Assembly: GCA_041687355.1 (NCBI GenBank)
Contig: JAWLCD010000004.1
Span: 19,725 to 83,724 of the forward strand
Reading direction: 5' to 3'
Source: Clostridia bacterium
GTDB taxonomy: Bacteria > Bacillota > Clostridia > Acetivibrionales > UBA4821
DNA: 64,000 bases
Shown here: positions 39,824 to 49,041 of the stretch, in pieces
Layout: every line of letters begins with the position of its first letter
How positions within the stretch are numbered: the stretch's first letter is position 1
Notes under the pieces: generated by a model
Told to the model about the DNA's origin: nothing
What the model saw: only the letters and a program-made list of their open reading frames with translations
The model's database searches: none
Program-made: the position numbers and the translations under genes

Positions 39824-41227
39824 ATGCAGATGGCTGGTTTGGAAGAACTAATATGGAGTCTACGCGCCAAGTCCATAAGGATTCATTCTTACGACCAAGG
39901 CACTGAAGGCAGAGAATGCATTATAAACATGTTTATTAATAGTTCGGATATTCCTGGATGGGAGAACCTTATAGAACGTTTGAATGCAGTCTTCGGGAAC
40001 CCCTATCGGTTTGTTGCGCAGAAAGTAAATTCTTCGGATGAGGCATTATGCACCCTGGCACTGGGGGCAAGTTCCGATTCCCAAAAGACAGAAAGAGAAG
40101 TGGAAATCCTGGCTCAGGCTGTTATAAATAATGAATTTAAACTTTACCCCGCCTGCAGCAATAAGGTGTTTGACATCAAACTAGGTATCAGCTGCAACAA
40201 TAACTGCACTCACTGTGTAATCAAGCCTAATGTCCGCAATATTAAGAAGCAGTATCCCGAGAGTGTAATACTGGATTCAGGGACAGGCATGCAGTGTTCT
40301 CGTGACCTCAGTTTTCCCGGGGTAATTGATATACTTGGAAAAACTTCTGATGTGGGTACCTTTGTCTTAACGGGAGGAGAGCCAACCATAAGAAAGGATT
40401 TTCCGAACATCATCAAGTGGATATACTTTAACAGGCCACATGCAGAAATTACGTTGCAAACAAATGGGAGAAACCTTTCCGACAAAGGGCTGGTAAGAGC
40501 CATAAGAAGGTATACAAGGAATCCCTCGTTTGCGGTAGCAATACACGGACTGGAGGAAACGCATAACAGCATAGTCAATAACAGAAAAGAGGCCGGAAAT
40601 CCTTTTAAGGAGACTGCCGAGGGAATCAGGAATCTTATCGAAGTATTCGACAGTACCAAATCCGTAAGGACGGAGATGGTCCTGACAAATCAAAACATAA
40701 ATGATGCTGTCGATGCGTTAAAATTTCAATATGAAAAGTTAGGAGTAAGGCTTGCAGGAGTATCATATCCTCACTTTTCAGGATTCCCCCGTAAAGATAT
40801 TAAGAAACTGGCTCCGGACTTGTCTAAGGTTCTAGGCATCTTGGATGAACTCAATAAGTACGCCGCAAGCTGCGGCGACTTATCGATATTTATTGAAGAG
40901 GTTCCTTTCTGCGTATTTAATCAATTGGAGGGTGAGATAGTTCTCAGGAGCTTTGAGAACAGGAACCGGAGGGGTTCGATTCTTAATTTTATGGGCAGCC
41001 AGAATGATGATTTTCATACGTGCTGGGTCAGGGAACATGCAAAATTCAGAGTGTGTAAGGATTGTGTAATAAACAATGAATGCCTTGGCATATGGCAGGA
41101 AAGCCGGGACGGTAACGAAAAGCATGTTGTACCCATATCAAATATAACGCCCAATATGGGAAGGTTCTTGAAGGTAAACTGGGGATGCGAATACCGTCAA
41201 AATGATTGTAGCATCGGAGGAGAGTAA
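39824..41227 (+). CDS. Radical SAM enzyme 1 with about 120-aa N-terminal extension and Cys-rich (degenerate SPASM/twitch-like) C-terminus
   Basis: CNNNCTHC (nt 40193-40216), LTGGEPT; C-terminal CKDCVINNEC (Cx2Cx5C) plus further Cys; alternative ATG 39830. Confidence 0.8.
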   Translation: MQMAGLEELIWSLRAKSIRIHSYDQGTEGRECIINMFINSSDIPGWENLIERLNAVFGNPYRFVAQKVNSSDEALCTLALGASSDSQKTEREVEILAQAVINNEFKLYPACSNKVFDIKLGISCNNNCTHCVIKPNVRNIKKQYPESVILDSGTGMQCSRDLSFPGVIDILGKTSDVGTFVLTGGEPTIRKDFPNIIKWIYFNRPHAEITLQTNGRNLSDKGLVRAIRRYTRNPSFAVAIHGLEETHNSIVNNRKEAGNPFKETAEGIRNLIEVFDSTKSVRTEMVLTNQNINDAVDALKFQYEKLGVRLAGVSYPHFSGFPRKDIKKLAPDLSKVLGILDELNKYAASCGDLSIFIEEVPFCVFNQLEGEIVLRSFENRNRRGSILNFMGSQNDDFHTCWVREHAKFRVCKDCVINNECLGIWQESRDGNEKHVVPISNITPNMGRFLKVNWGCEYRQNDCSIGGE

Positions 41228-41229
41228 AG

Positions 41230-42999
41230 ATGAAAGATATAAAAACTAAGATTTTAGCCTTCTTAAAAAAAGAGAGAATTCCGGTTCTATACTTCAAGGA
41301 TGCTCAGCTCAAGGACCTGATTTTCGAGCAAAAGGCGGAGCTTGCCTTAAAAGTGGATGAGGAAGATATGCCTAAGTGGAGGTGCTTTACAGAAAAACTC
41401 AACTGCAGCGGCAAGGCAGCCGGTATGGCTTATTTTGACGGTATTCTGAAGTTCGTATTCGAGGGGACGGATGATGAATGTGAAGAGGGATTGCTGGACC
41501 GCAGCCTGGAAAGCTTCCATAATGCTCTTCAGAAGAGATATTTTACTGTTTGCCCAAAGGTTAAGTCATTCTCAGTTCTTATAAAACCGACTCACAGGTG
41601 CAATCTCGACTGCAAGTATTGTTATGATAAGCCCTATAGAGACAGAATAAAGGAAGATATGTCCATGGAAGTCCTGGACAGGACCTTGAAGCTTCTTTCT
41701 CAATACGCCGAGGAGGTTAATATTATTTGGCATGGCGGAGAGCCGACAATGGTTGAGACTGAGTGGTATAAGAATGCCTATGATAATATATTTACAAAGT
41801 ATCCAATGACCTCTTTTAAATCTAATTTGATGTCAAATGGGGTTAATTTTAATGATGAGTGGTTGGATTTATTTAAAAAATATAATATAGAAGCAGGAGT
41901 CAGCTACAATTCTTTATACCAATCCCAATTAAGGTGTTCAAATCAAAAGGCAAAAAGCAGGAGTAAGGATTTCAAAATCATGCAAAAAATTGAAAATACT
42001 TTGATTAAAGCAAATAAAAAAAAATTTAAGATTGGAGTAATTGATGTTATTACCTCGCTGAATTATAAAGACCAGATTCAGATATACGAGTACTATAAAA
42101 ACCTTGGCCTCCATGCTTGCATGAACCATATTTTTCATACACCGCAGACAGAAAGGAATAAACTTGAGATTTCTGCCCAAGAGTATGCGGAGGAATTTCT
42201 AAAGTACTTTAAATATTGGCTGTTTGATAAGAATGGTGTACCTGAAAGGTCTGCAGAGGAAGCGCTGGCAACTGTTATTGGCTCAGGAAAGATAACCTGC
42301 AAGCATAACGACTGCAGGTACAAGTGGCTGGGAATTAATCCTTTGGGAGAAATATACCCCTGTGACAGGTATTATCCTGAAAAATATAGAACCGGTACGG
42401 TTTTTGACTTTGATTGTATTGAAGATGTCTTCAACAGCCAGGCTTATAAAACATATGCGGATGAGGTGCAGAAACGGTTTGACACCAAGTGCAGGGAATG
42501 CGGCTATTGGTTTGCGTGCAAGGGAGGCTGCAACGGCTCTGCATATGAATCATCAGGGAGCATGGAAGGGGTTGAGGAATTCGCCTGTCAATCATTCAGA
42601 CTGAAATATAACGGAATATATGATATTCTTAGAGACTTGGACTGGATTGACAATAAAGAATTGAATCCTGCAGCGCGAAGAATGTTTATTGAAAAGCCGT
42701 TTTACAGTGTGAAGGAAATAAGGCAGTTCATGGAAGAGGCGGGAAAGCAGTTTGAACTTACTTATGACAAGGATAATCTTTTGGGGTGTTCAGAACATCA
42801 GGTTTTCAGAGGCGTGAACTATATGTACGATAACCAGAAATTTGGGATGCATGTAGATTTTATCGATTCTTTTGATGATGATACTGTGAGTATAAATAAA
42901 GAAAAAAGGAGAAATAACCTGGCTAGTTATTTGAAGAAGGTGGCTGTTTATACCTTGAAATCCGGTATAGACAGTTGCCGGGAGGTGAAGGGATGCTGA
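41230..42999 (+). CDS. Radical SAM / SPASM-domain enzyme 2 with about 120-aa N-terminal extension
   Basis: CNLDCKYC (41599-41622), WHGGEPT, GINPLGEIYPC, canonical SPASM CRECGYWFACKGGC (42490-42531); start 2 nt after the upstream stop with GGAGGA RBS. Confidence 0.85.
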   Translation: MKDIKTKILAFLKKERIPVLYFKDAQLKDLIFEQKAELALKVDEEDMPKWRCFTEKLNCSGKAAGMAYFDGILKFVFEGTDDECEEGLLDRSLESFHNALQKRYFTVCPKVKSFSVLIKPTHRCNLDCKYCYDKPYRDRIKEDMSMEVLDRTLKLLSQYAEEVNIIWHGGEPTMVETEWYKNAYDNIFTKYPMTSFKSNLMSNGVNFNDEWLDLFKKYNIEAGVSYNSLYQSQLRCSNQKAKSRSKDFKIMQKIENTLIKANKKKFKIGVIDVITSLNYKDQIQIYEYYKNLGLHACMNHIFHTPQTERNKLEISAQEYAEEFLKYFKYWLFDKNGVPERSAEEALATVIGSGKITCKHNDCRYKWLGINPLGEIYPCDRYYPEKYRTGTVFDFDCIEDVFNSQAYKTYADEVQKRFDTKCRECGYWFACKGGCNGSAYESSGSMEGVEEFACQSFRLKYNGIYDILRDLDWIDNKELNPAARRMFIEKPFYSVKEIRQFMEEAGKQFELTYDKDNLLGCSEHQVFRGVNYMYDNQKFGMHVDFIDSFDDDTVSINKEKRRNNLASYLKKVAVYTLKSGIDSCREVKGC

Positions 43000-45050
43000 C
43001 ATATAATAATTCATTCATGTTTGACAGCTTTGCTCTAATGACTGCAGTTAATATGGACATATTTCAGAACTTCGCTGTGGTAGCTTCGTTTGATACCCAG
43101 GCGTGGCAGGATTTTATTGACGAGACAAGGGAATATGAGCGTACACAGCCGCAAACGCTTATTATTAATACTCATGTGAATGTGGACAACCACGTCAACC
43201 ATATACAGCATGAGAATACCAGCAGTCATTCAAATACCGGTGGCGTACATACAAACGCTACACCTCACACGGATAATATCGTGCATAACAACAACTTTGA
43301 TACGCATTCAAACTATACAATACCGCATTTTAATCTTCCTGCATCGCATTTGAATATGCACTTTAATTCTGGCTTCTCGTGGATGGGGAATCACTCAAAC
43401 ACACATTACGATACCGTATTTTCCCCTCACCAAAATGTACCCAGAGACCATGCAAACGGTCCTATACATACAGACAAACCTAACCACAACAATGAAACGC
43501 CACATACAAATAATACTACTCCGCATTCAAATACTACCCCTCATAACAATAGTTCTCCACACGACAATACCGGAGCGCATAACGATACAGGATTCGACCA
43601 TCAGAACTATGTTCCGTCCAAACCGGCCTTATTTGACATGAGTCCTGATAAAAGGTTGTCGGGAACGGTAACTATAGGTATGTACAGCTATGACAGGAAT
43701 GCCGATGGCAGCGGCTCGCAGAGCCAGGCAAGCAAGGAGGTAAGGTATGATTTATTCATACGGAAAACCAAGAAATCAGACGGTACGGCTGATGTATCCG
43801 GTTGGAGAACCCTTCTCAATAACAGCCTGCAGGATGCAAATGCAGGAAAAACATATGACCTTAATACTATAGACCCTCTAGGGACAGGCAATACAAATCC
43901 GGCAGCCACGGAAGGATACTATGAATTGAAGGCTGTAGCAAGGAATATACCTATAAACGGCGTTACATTCAACAGCCAGGAGCAAGTTCTGCAGGTAATA
44001 ATACAGCAGAATCAAGAGCCTGAGGTATCTGTAAGTAACGGGGACGAGGTTATAAGCTTTACTTTCAGTAAACTTGGCCGGCTTTCCCCAGACGGAATGA
44101 CATACAGTGATTACAGCCCTTCCCTGTATTCAGACCCGTACTCTGCGCAGCAGAACAAATACAGCGGCATATTTGTAGTTGTAAGAATGAAGGATGCAGA
44201 TATGGCCAATTGGCAAAAGGGGAAGGCATACCTTAAGGATTCGGGTGGAAATGTGATTGCAGAAACTGATATCATGTGGTCCGAATTACCAAGTGATGCA
44301 GGTTCGGTTATAACTGCTTCAGATAACATTGAGAAAAAAGGATATGTATTTTTAAGTAAGGACTCTTTGCCGGATGATACAATAATTCAGGATGCAGTTA
44401 TCCGGATTGAGGTTGCCGATTATTATGATGCAGCCTGCACACAACCAACCGGTGATGTGACCGTAAGGGAAACAATTTCTAAGACCGACAGCACCATTTT
44501 GTATGTTGACATTGATACAGAAGCAAAAGCAGAAATACAGCATTTTACAGACCGCGTAACGGGTGCAAATAATTGGCTGGACGCCGATATTGCTGCGGGC
44601 AAATTGACCGAAGAAGAGGCCAACGAACTAAATACATATTTCCCTAATTCAGAGGTGGTATGCAAGTTTGAGATTAATCCTTCAGGCAGTACTTACCAAA
44701 AATATAAGGTAAACTTTAATGCAAATATAGACAATACAAGTGAAATAGGAATAGATTATATAAAATTAGTAAAGGTTGATATTGGAAGTAATTCGACACA
44801 TTCGGAGAATCCTCCGATAAATCAATCTCTAAACTCTTACACATTGGATTTTGAAATATCAAATCCTCAGGATAAAACGGTAACGGCATATATCAAGTAT
44901 AAATTCAGGAATAATGTAAGCGACTCAGTAATCAAGCAGTTTACAAGCAGAATAGCAGTTACGCCGGTTAGAAGTGACGGAACAGATGATACAACAGTAA
45001 ACAGCACAAATATAATCCGCTTCAGAAATACTGATGTCCAATATCGCTAG
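42993..45050 (+). CDS. 685-aa protein with an N-terminal His-x-Asn/Asp repeat region (putative radical-SAM substrate) and a large beta-rich C-terminal part; no signal peptide, no Cys in the repeat region
   Basis: ATG 42993 (GGAGG 7 nt upstream) overlaps the upstream stop (ATGCTGA). In 43173-43607 there are 24 His: 19 H-x-N, 4 H-x-D and 1 H-x-Q. The distal part is hexapeptide-periodic (TPHTNN TTPHSN TTPHNN SSPHDN TGAHND). Confidence 0.75.
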   Translation: MLTYNNSFMFDSFALMTAVNMDIFQNFAVVASFDTQAWQDFIDETREYERTQPQTLIINTHVNVDNHVNHIQHENTSSHSNTGGVHTNATPHTDNIVHNNNFDTHSNYTIPHFNLPASHLNMHFNSGFSWMGNHSNTHYDTVFSPHQNVPRDHANGPIHTDKPNHNNETPHTNNTTPHSNTTPHNNSSPHDNTGAHNDTGFDHQNYVPSKPALFDMSPDKRLSGTVTIGMYSYDRNADGSGSQSQASKEVRYDLFIRKTKKSDGTADVSGWRTLLNNSLQDANAGKTYDLNTIDPLGTGNTNPAATEGYYELKAVARNIPINGVTFNSQEQVLQVIIQQNQEPEVSVSNGDEVISFTFSKLGRLSPDGMTYSDYSPSLYSDPYSAQQNKYSGIFVVVRMKDADMANWQKGKAYLKDSGGNVIAETDIMWSELPSDAGSVITASDNIEKKGYVFLSKDSLPDDTIIQDAVIRIEVADYYDAACTQPTGDVTVRETISKTDSTILYVDIDTEAKAEIQHFTDRVTGANNWLDADIAAGKLTEEEANELNTYFPNSEVVCKFEINPSGSTYQKYKVNFNANIDNTSEIGIDYIKLVKVDIGSNSTHSENPPINQSLNSYTLDFEISNPQDKTVTAYIKYKFRNNVSDSVIKQFTSRIAVTPVRSDGTDDTTVNSTNIIRFRNTDVQYR

Positions 45051-45089
45051 AGTATCAAGAATACATAGATTGAAAGGGCAAGAACATAG

Positions 45090-47381
45090 GTGGGGATGAA
45101 TAAAAGGTTCTCAAATACAATATTCAAGTTTTGCAACAGTGTGAGGGTAGCAAAGCTTGGAAAAATGGTCAGCAGAATCAGCCTATATGAAGCTAAGGCT
45201 GCCAAGCTTTCAAATCAGCAGATAAGGGAGGAATTTAAACGGCTGAAAGCCGGAGAGTATAATAAGGAACGAATCAATGACAAAATACTGTCGTATCTAT
45301 TGGCAATGATAGGTGAAGCTTTCTTCAGAATATATAGAATAAGGCCATATAAGGAGCAGTATATATGTGCACTGGCCATGTACCTGGGTTATATTGCTGA
45401 AATGAAATCGGGTGAGGGTAAGTCAACAGTGGCAGTAATTACAGCCATATTATATTCTCTGGACAAGAAAGTCCACATCGTGACTGTGAATGATTATCTG
45501 GCTCAGAGAGACTATGACAGAATGATTTATATATATAGTTTATTTGGTCTCAGCGTAGGGATTAATTCTCGTGGAAGAGCAGACAAGCCGGAACTGTATT
45601 CTTCAGATATAGTTTATACTTCCAGCTCGGAACTGATTTTTGATTACTTGAGAAATGAACTGCTGCCCGAAGCTGATAGAATACAGTTTCCTTTGGAAGC
45701 GGTAATTATTGATGAAATTGACTTTGTGCTCCTTGATAATGCAAATTCAACCTTCTCAGTATCAACGGGGATAGGATATGTTCCTGATGATGAACCTTTT
45801 ATAGTTGCAAAAGAGATATGCTTACTTCTTAAAGGTGTAGAAATATTGAAGCATGAAGAAATACGGGACGATATTGAAGCTAAAGAAGCTCACTATGTTT
45901 ACTGTGCTGCAGACCGTATGGTTTATTTGACCAGATATGGTGTCGTTTTTTTGGAAAACTTCTTCAAACTGAAGTATGCAAGACAAAAGAATCTGGGCCT
46001 TTATAAAAATATTATTGCTATGCTTGAGGCAAACCTGTTTTTTAAAAATGGAAGGGACTATATTGTGAAAGAGGGCAAAGTTGTCCTGATAAACAGGGAA
46101 AACGGACGGTTGATGCCTGATAGCCAGCTAGAAGCAGATTTACATACTGCAATAGAAGTTAAGGAGGAAGTAAGGGTAACTGAAAAAGCGCTGTTGTGCA
46201 GTAGTTTATCATACCAGATTTTTTTTACCAAATACCGAAGTATGGTTGGTATGAGTGGTACAATATATGATGCTATAGAAGAACTTGAGAAAATTTTTAA
46301 TACTCCGATCATAATTATTCCTTTACATAAGGAAGAAAAAAGGGTAGACCATCCAGACCTGTTTTTTTGGAACAACAAAGAGAAGTACGATTATCTTACA
46401 GAATACCTTAAGAATCGCAGCAGTCAGGACCAGCCGGTCCTGGTCATAACAGGTTCCGAGAAACAATCCTATGAGGTGCAGAAACTTTTGGACGATGAGG
46501 GTATTAGCTCCAATCTGCTTAATAATGAAAGCACGTATGAAGAAGCAAGCCTTGTTAAACAAGCAGGAATACACGGAACTATAACGGTTTCAACCAATAT
46601 ATCGGGACGAGGTACGGATATTATCCTTGATGAGAGGGCAAGAGATGCGGGTGGACTTCTGGTGATTGCACTGAACCGCTACACAAGCAGGAGAGTAGAC
46701 AACCAGGTAAGGGGAAGGGCAGGAAGACATGGCGATACAGGTGAATGTATATTTTATGTATCGATGGAGGATGAACTGTTAGGTCATTTGAGTGGCAGGC
46801 ATAAGAAAAAGATGATGGGATTGACAGGCGGAAGATTTGGCAATATAGATGACTATACGGTAAGGGTTAGACTTTCACGTCTGCTGGATAGTATACAGGA
46901 TGATATTCAGGCTGACTTGTTTAGAAACAGGCAGTTGAACTACTACCTTGATGTAGTGCTTGAGAAGCAGAGAAAGATTATATCTGACTGGAAGGAGAAA
47001 CTCAGGGGCAACCACATTAATATTATAACCAGATATTTAAAAGGTAAGGAATTTGACTTAAACAGATTTAAAAAGGTGTTTTCTTACACAGATCACCTTG
47101 ATGTTTCCAAAGAGTTTAATTCCCAGTGTGAAAGGTTAGGCAGGGATTTGTCCGATGGTCTATTAAATAAACTTATTGATTCTCTGGTTAATAGGGAATG
47201 GTTGATATACAGAAAGAATATGGAGGATATAAAAGCTTATCTTCCTTTGTATCGCTTTACTGAGCCCAATCTGTCGGCAGAATATGTTAGAATATGTTTC
47301 AGTCAGCTTAAGGATATGCAGAACACAGTTATGAACTACATAATTGCATACTTTATATCCGCAGAGATTAAAAAGGAGTGA
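45090..47381 (+). CDS. Divergent SecA paralog (accessory SecA2-like ATPase)
   Basis: SecA N-terminus pattern, Walker A MKSGEGKST, VTVNDYLAQRDY, DEIDFVLLD (the canonical DEARTPLIIS is degenerate: DNANSTFSVS), TNISGRGTDI, RGRAGRHGDTGE; start is GTG 45090 or ATG 45096. Confidence 0.75.
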   Translation: MGMNKRFSNTIFKFCNSVRVAKLGKMVSRISLYEAKAAKLSNQQIREEFKRLKAGEYNKERINDKILSYLLAMIGEAFFRIYRIRPYKEQYICALAMYLGYIAEMKSGEGKSTVAVITAILYSLDKKVHIVTVNDYLAQRDYDRMIYIYSLFGLSVGINSRGRADKPELYSSDIVYTSSSELIFDYLRNELLPEADRIQFPLEAVIIDEIDFVLLDNANSTFSVSTGIGYVPDDEPFIVAKEICLLLKGVEILKHEEIRDDIEAKEAHYVYCAADRMVYLTRYGVVFLENFFKLKYARQKNLGLYKNIIAMLEANLFFKNGRDYIVKEGKVVLINRENGRLMPDSQLEADLHTAIEVKEEVRVTEKALLCSSLSYQIFFTKYRSMVGMSGTIYDAIEELEKIFNTPIIIIPLHKEEKRVDHPDLFFWNNKEKYDYLTEYLKNRSSQDQPVLVITGSEKQSYEVQKLLDDEGISSNLLNNESTYEEASLVKQAGIHGTITVSTNISGRGTDIILDERARDAGGLLVIALNRYTSRRVDNQVRGRAGRHGDTGECIFYVSMEDELLGHLSGRHKKKMMGLTGGRFGNIDDYTVRVRLSRLLDSIQDDIQADLFRNRQLNYYLDVVLEKQRKIISDWKEKLRGNHINIITRYLKGKEFDLNRFKKVFSYTDHLDVSKEFNSQCERLGRDLSDGLLNKLIDSLVNREWLIYRKNMEDIKAYLPLYRFTEPNLSAEYVRICFSQLKDMQNTVMNYIIAYFISAEIKKE

Positions 47382-47385
47382 TTTT

Positions 47386-49017
47386 ATGAAACTAACCTTT
47401 CTAGGGGCAGCAAGAACAGTTACCGGCTCCTGTTTTCTACTTGAGACCAAAGCAAGGAAAATACTTATTGACTGCGGTCTGTTTCAGGGGCATATAAAGG
47501 AGACCACCCTGAATTGTGAGGACTTTCCCTTCAATCCTTCAGACATTGATTATGTCCTCCTTACCCATGCACATATTGACCACAGTGGCAGGATTCCCAA
47601 ACTTTATGTAGACGGCTTCCAAGGAGAGGTAATTGCGACCAAGGCAGCGGTTGAACTGTGTTCAGTCATGCTTCCGGACAGCGGGCATATCCAGGAGACT
47701 GAGGTTGAATGGATAAATAAAAGGAGGGCAAGGGAGAATAAACATTCCATCAGACCCTTATATACAATGCAGGATGCAGTTGACTGCATAAAGCTATTCA
47801 GAAAGGTCAAGTGCGACCAAGAGATTATATTGGATGAGGGTATTCGTGTAATATACAGGGATTCAGGTCATATGCTTGGCTCTGCAATAATAGAAGTCTG
47901 GGTAAAGGAAGGCAAGAAGGAGACCAAGCTGGTATTTACCGGCGACCTTGGAAACAAAGGGCTTCCAATACTCAAGGATCCAAGTATAGTCAAGGATGCT
48001 GATTATCTCATTATGGAGTCTACATACGGCGACAGGTTGCACGGTGACAATATTGGTAAGGCTGAGAAGTTTTTAAACGCCATTATTGAAACCATAAACA
48101 ACGGGGGCAATGTAATAATACCCTCTTTTGCAGTTGGCAGAACACAGGAGATACTTTATGAACTGCACAAGGATAAGGAAAAGTATGGAGACAGGCTGGA
48201 TGCTTTGAAAAATATACCGGTATTTGTTGACAGTCCCCTGGCTGTGTCTGCTACTGAAATTTTCAGGTCGAATGAGGACTGCTTCGACGAGGAGACCAGA
48301 AACTATATAAGAAATGGGGATAATCCCCTTGACTTCCCGGGACTCAGGTTTACGCGCTCTGCAGATGAGTCCAAAGCACTGAATGACCTTATGGAGAGTG
48401 TGGTCATAATTTCGGCCAGTGGGATGTGTGAAGCCGGAAGAATCAAGCATCACCTGAAGCATAATCTGTGGAAACCGGAGAACACAATTTTATTTGTGGG
48501 ATATCAGGCTCAGGGTACTCTTGGCAGAAGGATACTGGACGGAGCAAAAAAGGTCAGGATTTTTGGCGAGGATATCTCGGTAAATGCCAGAATTGTATCT
48601 ATAGACGGTTTCTCAGGCCATGCCGACCAGCAGGGCCTGATTGAATGGCTCGGATATTTCCGGAAGGGACCTAAGAAGGTATTTCTTGTTCACGGTGAAC
48701 CAGAAGCTCAGAAGTCACTTTCCCGTGAAGTTGAAGAGAAGTACAATATTGAATGTATAATACCTGATAGAGGGGAATCGTTTGATATTGAAGGGGAATC
48801 ATTAGTCAGGAGTGAATTTGAAGCCCTGAAGCAGTCCAAAGAGAAATTTATCAGGCTTTCGGTTGTTGAACAGCTTCATACGCTGAGAGATGAACTTGAT
48901 GAATTGATAGAAATACTCAAAATGGAGTTGAAGGAAGAGAAGGACGACAAGGAGATTTTAGCACTCAACGAGAAACTCCGGAATCTTGAAAGAACAATGG
49001 CTGATGTGTTAAAATAA
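47386..49017 (+). CDS. MBL-fold beta-CASP family nuclease (CPSF73/RNase J-like)
   Basis: THAHIDHSG, beta-CASP and C-terminal GFSGHAD motifs; ATG 47386 with AAGGAG upstream, 4 nt after the SecA-like stop. Confidence 0.75.
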   Translation: MKLTFLGAARTVTGSCFLLETKARKILIDCGLFQGHIKETTLNCEDFPFNPSDIDYVLLTHAHIDHSGRIPKLYVDGFQGEVIATKAAVELCSVMLPDSGHIQETEVEWINKRRARENKHSIRPLYTMQDAVDCIKLFRKVKCDQEIILDEGIRVIYRDSGHMLGSAIIEVWVKEGKKETKLVFTGDLGNKGLPILKDPSIVKDADYLIMESTYGDRLHGDNIGKAEKFLNAIIETINNGGNVIIPSFAVGRTQEILYELHKDKEKYGDRLDALKNIPVFVDSPLAVSATEIFRSNEDCFDEETRNYIRNGDNPLDFPGLRFTRSADESKALNDLMESVVIISASGMCEAGRIKHHLKHNLWKPENTILFVGYQAQGTLGRRILDGAKKVRIFGEDISVNARIVSIDGFSGHADQQGLIEWLGYFRKGPKKVFLVHGEPEAQKSLSREVEEKYNIECIIPDRGESFDIEGESLVRSEFEALKQSKEKFIRLSVVEQLHTLRDELDELIEILKMELKEEKDDKEILALNEKLRNLERTMADVLK

Positions 49018-49041
49018 CAGAAGCAGGGTAAGACATAAGGG

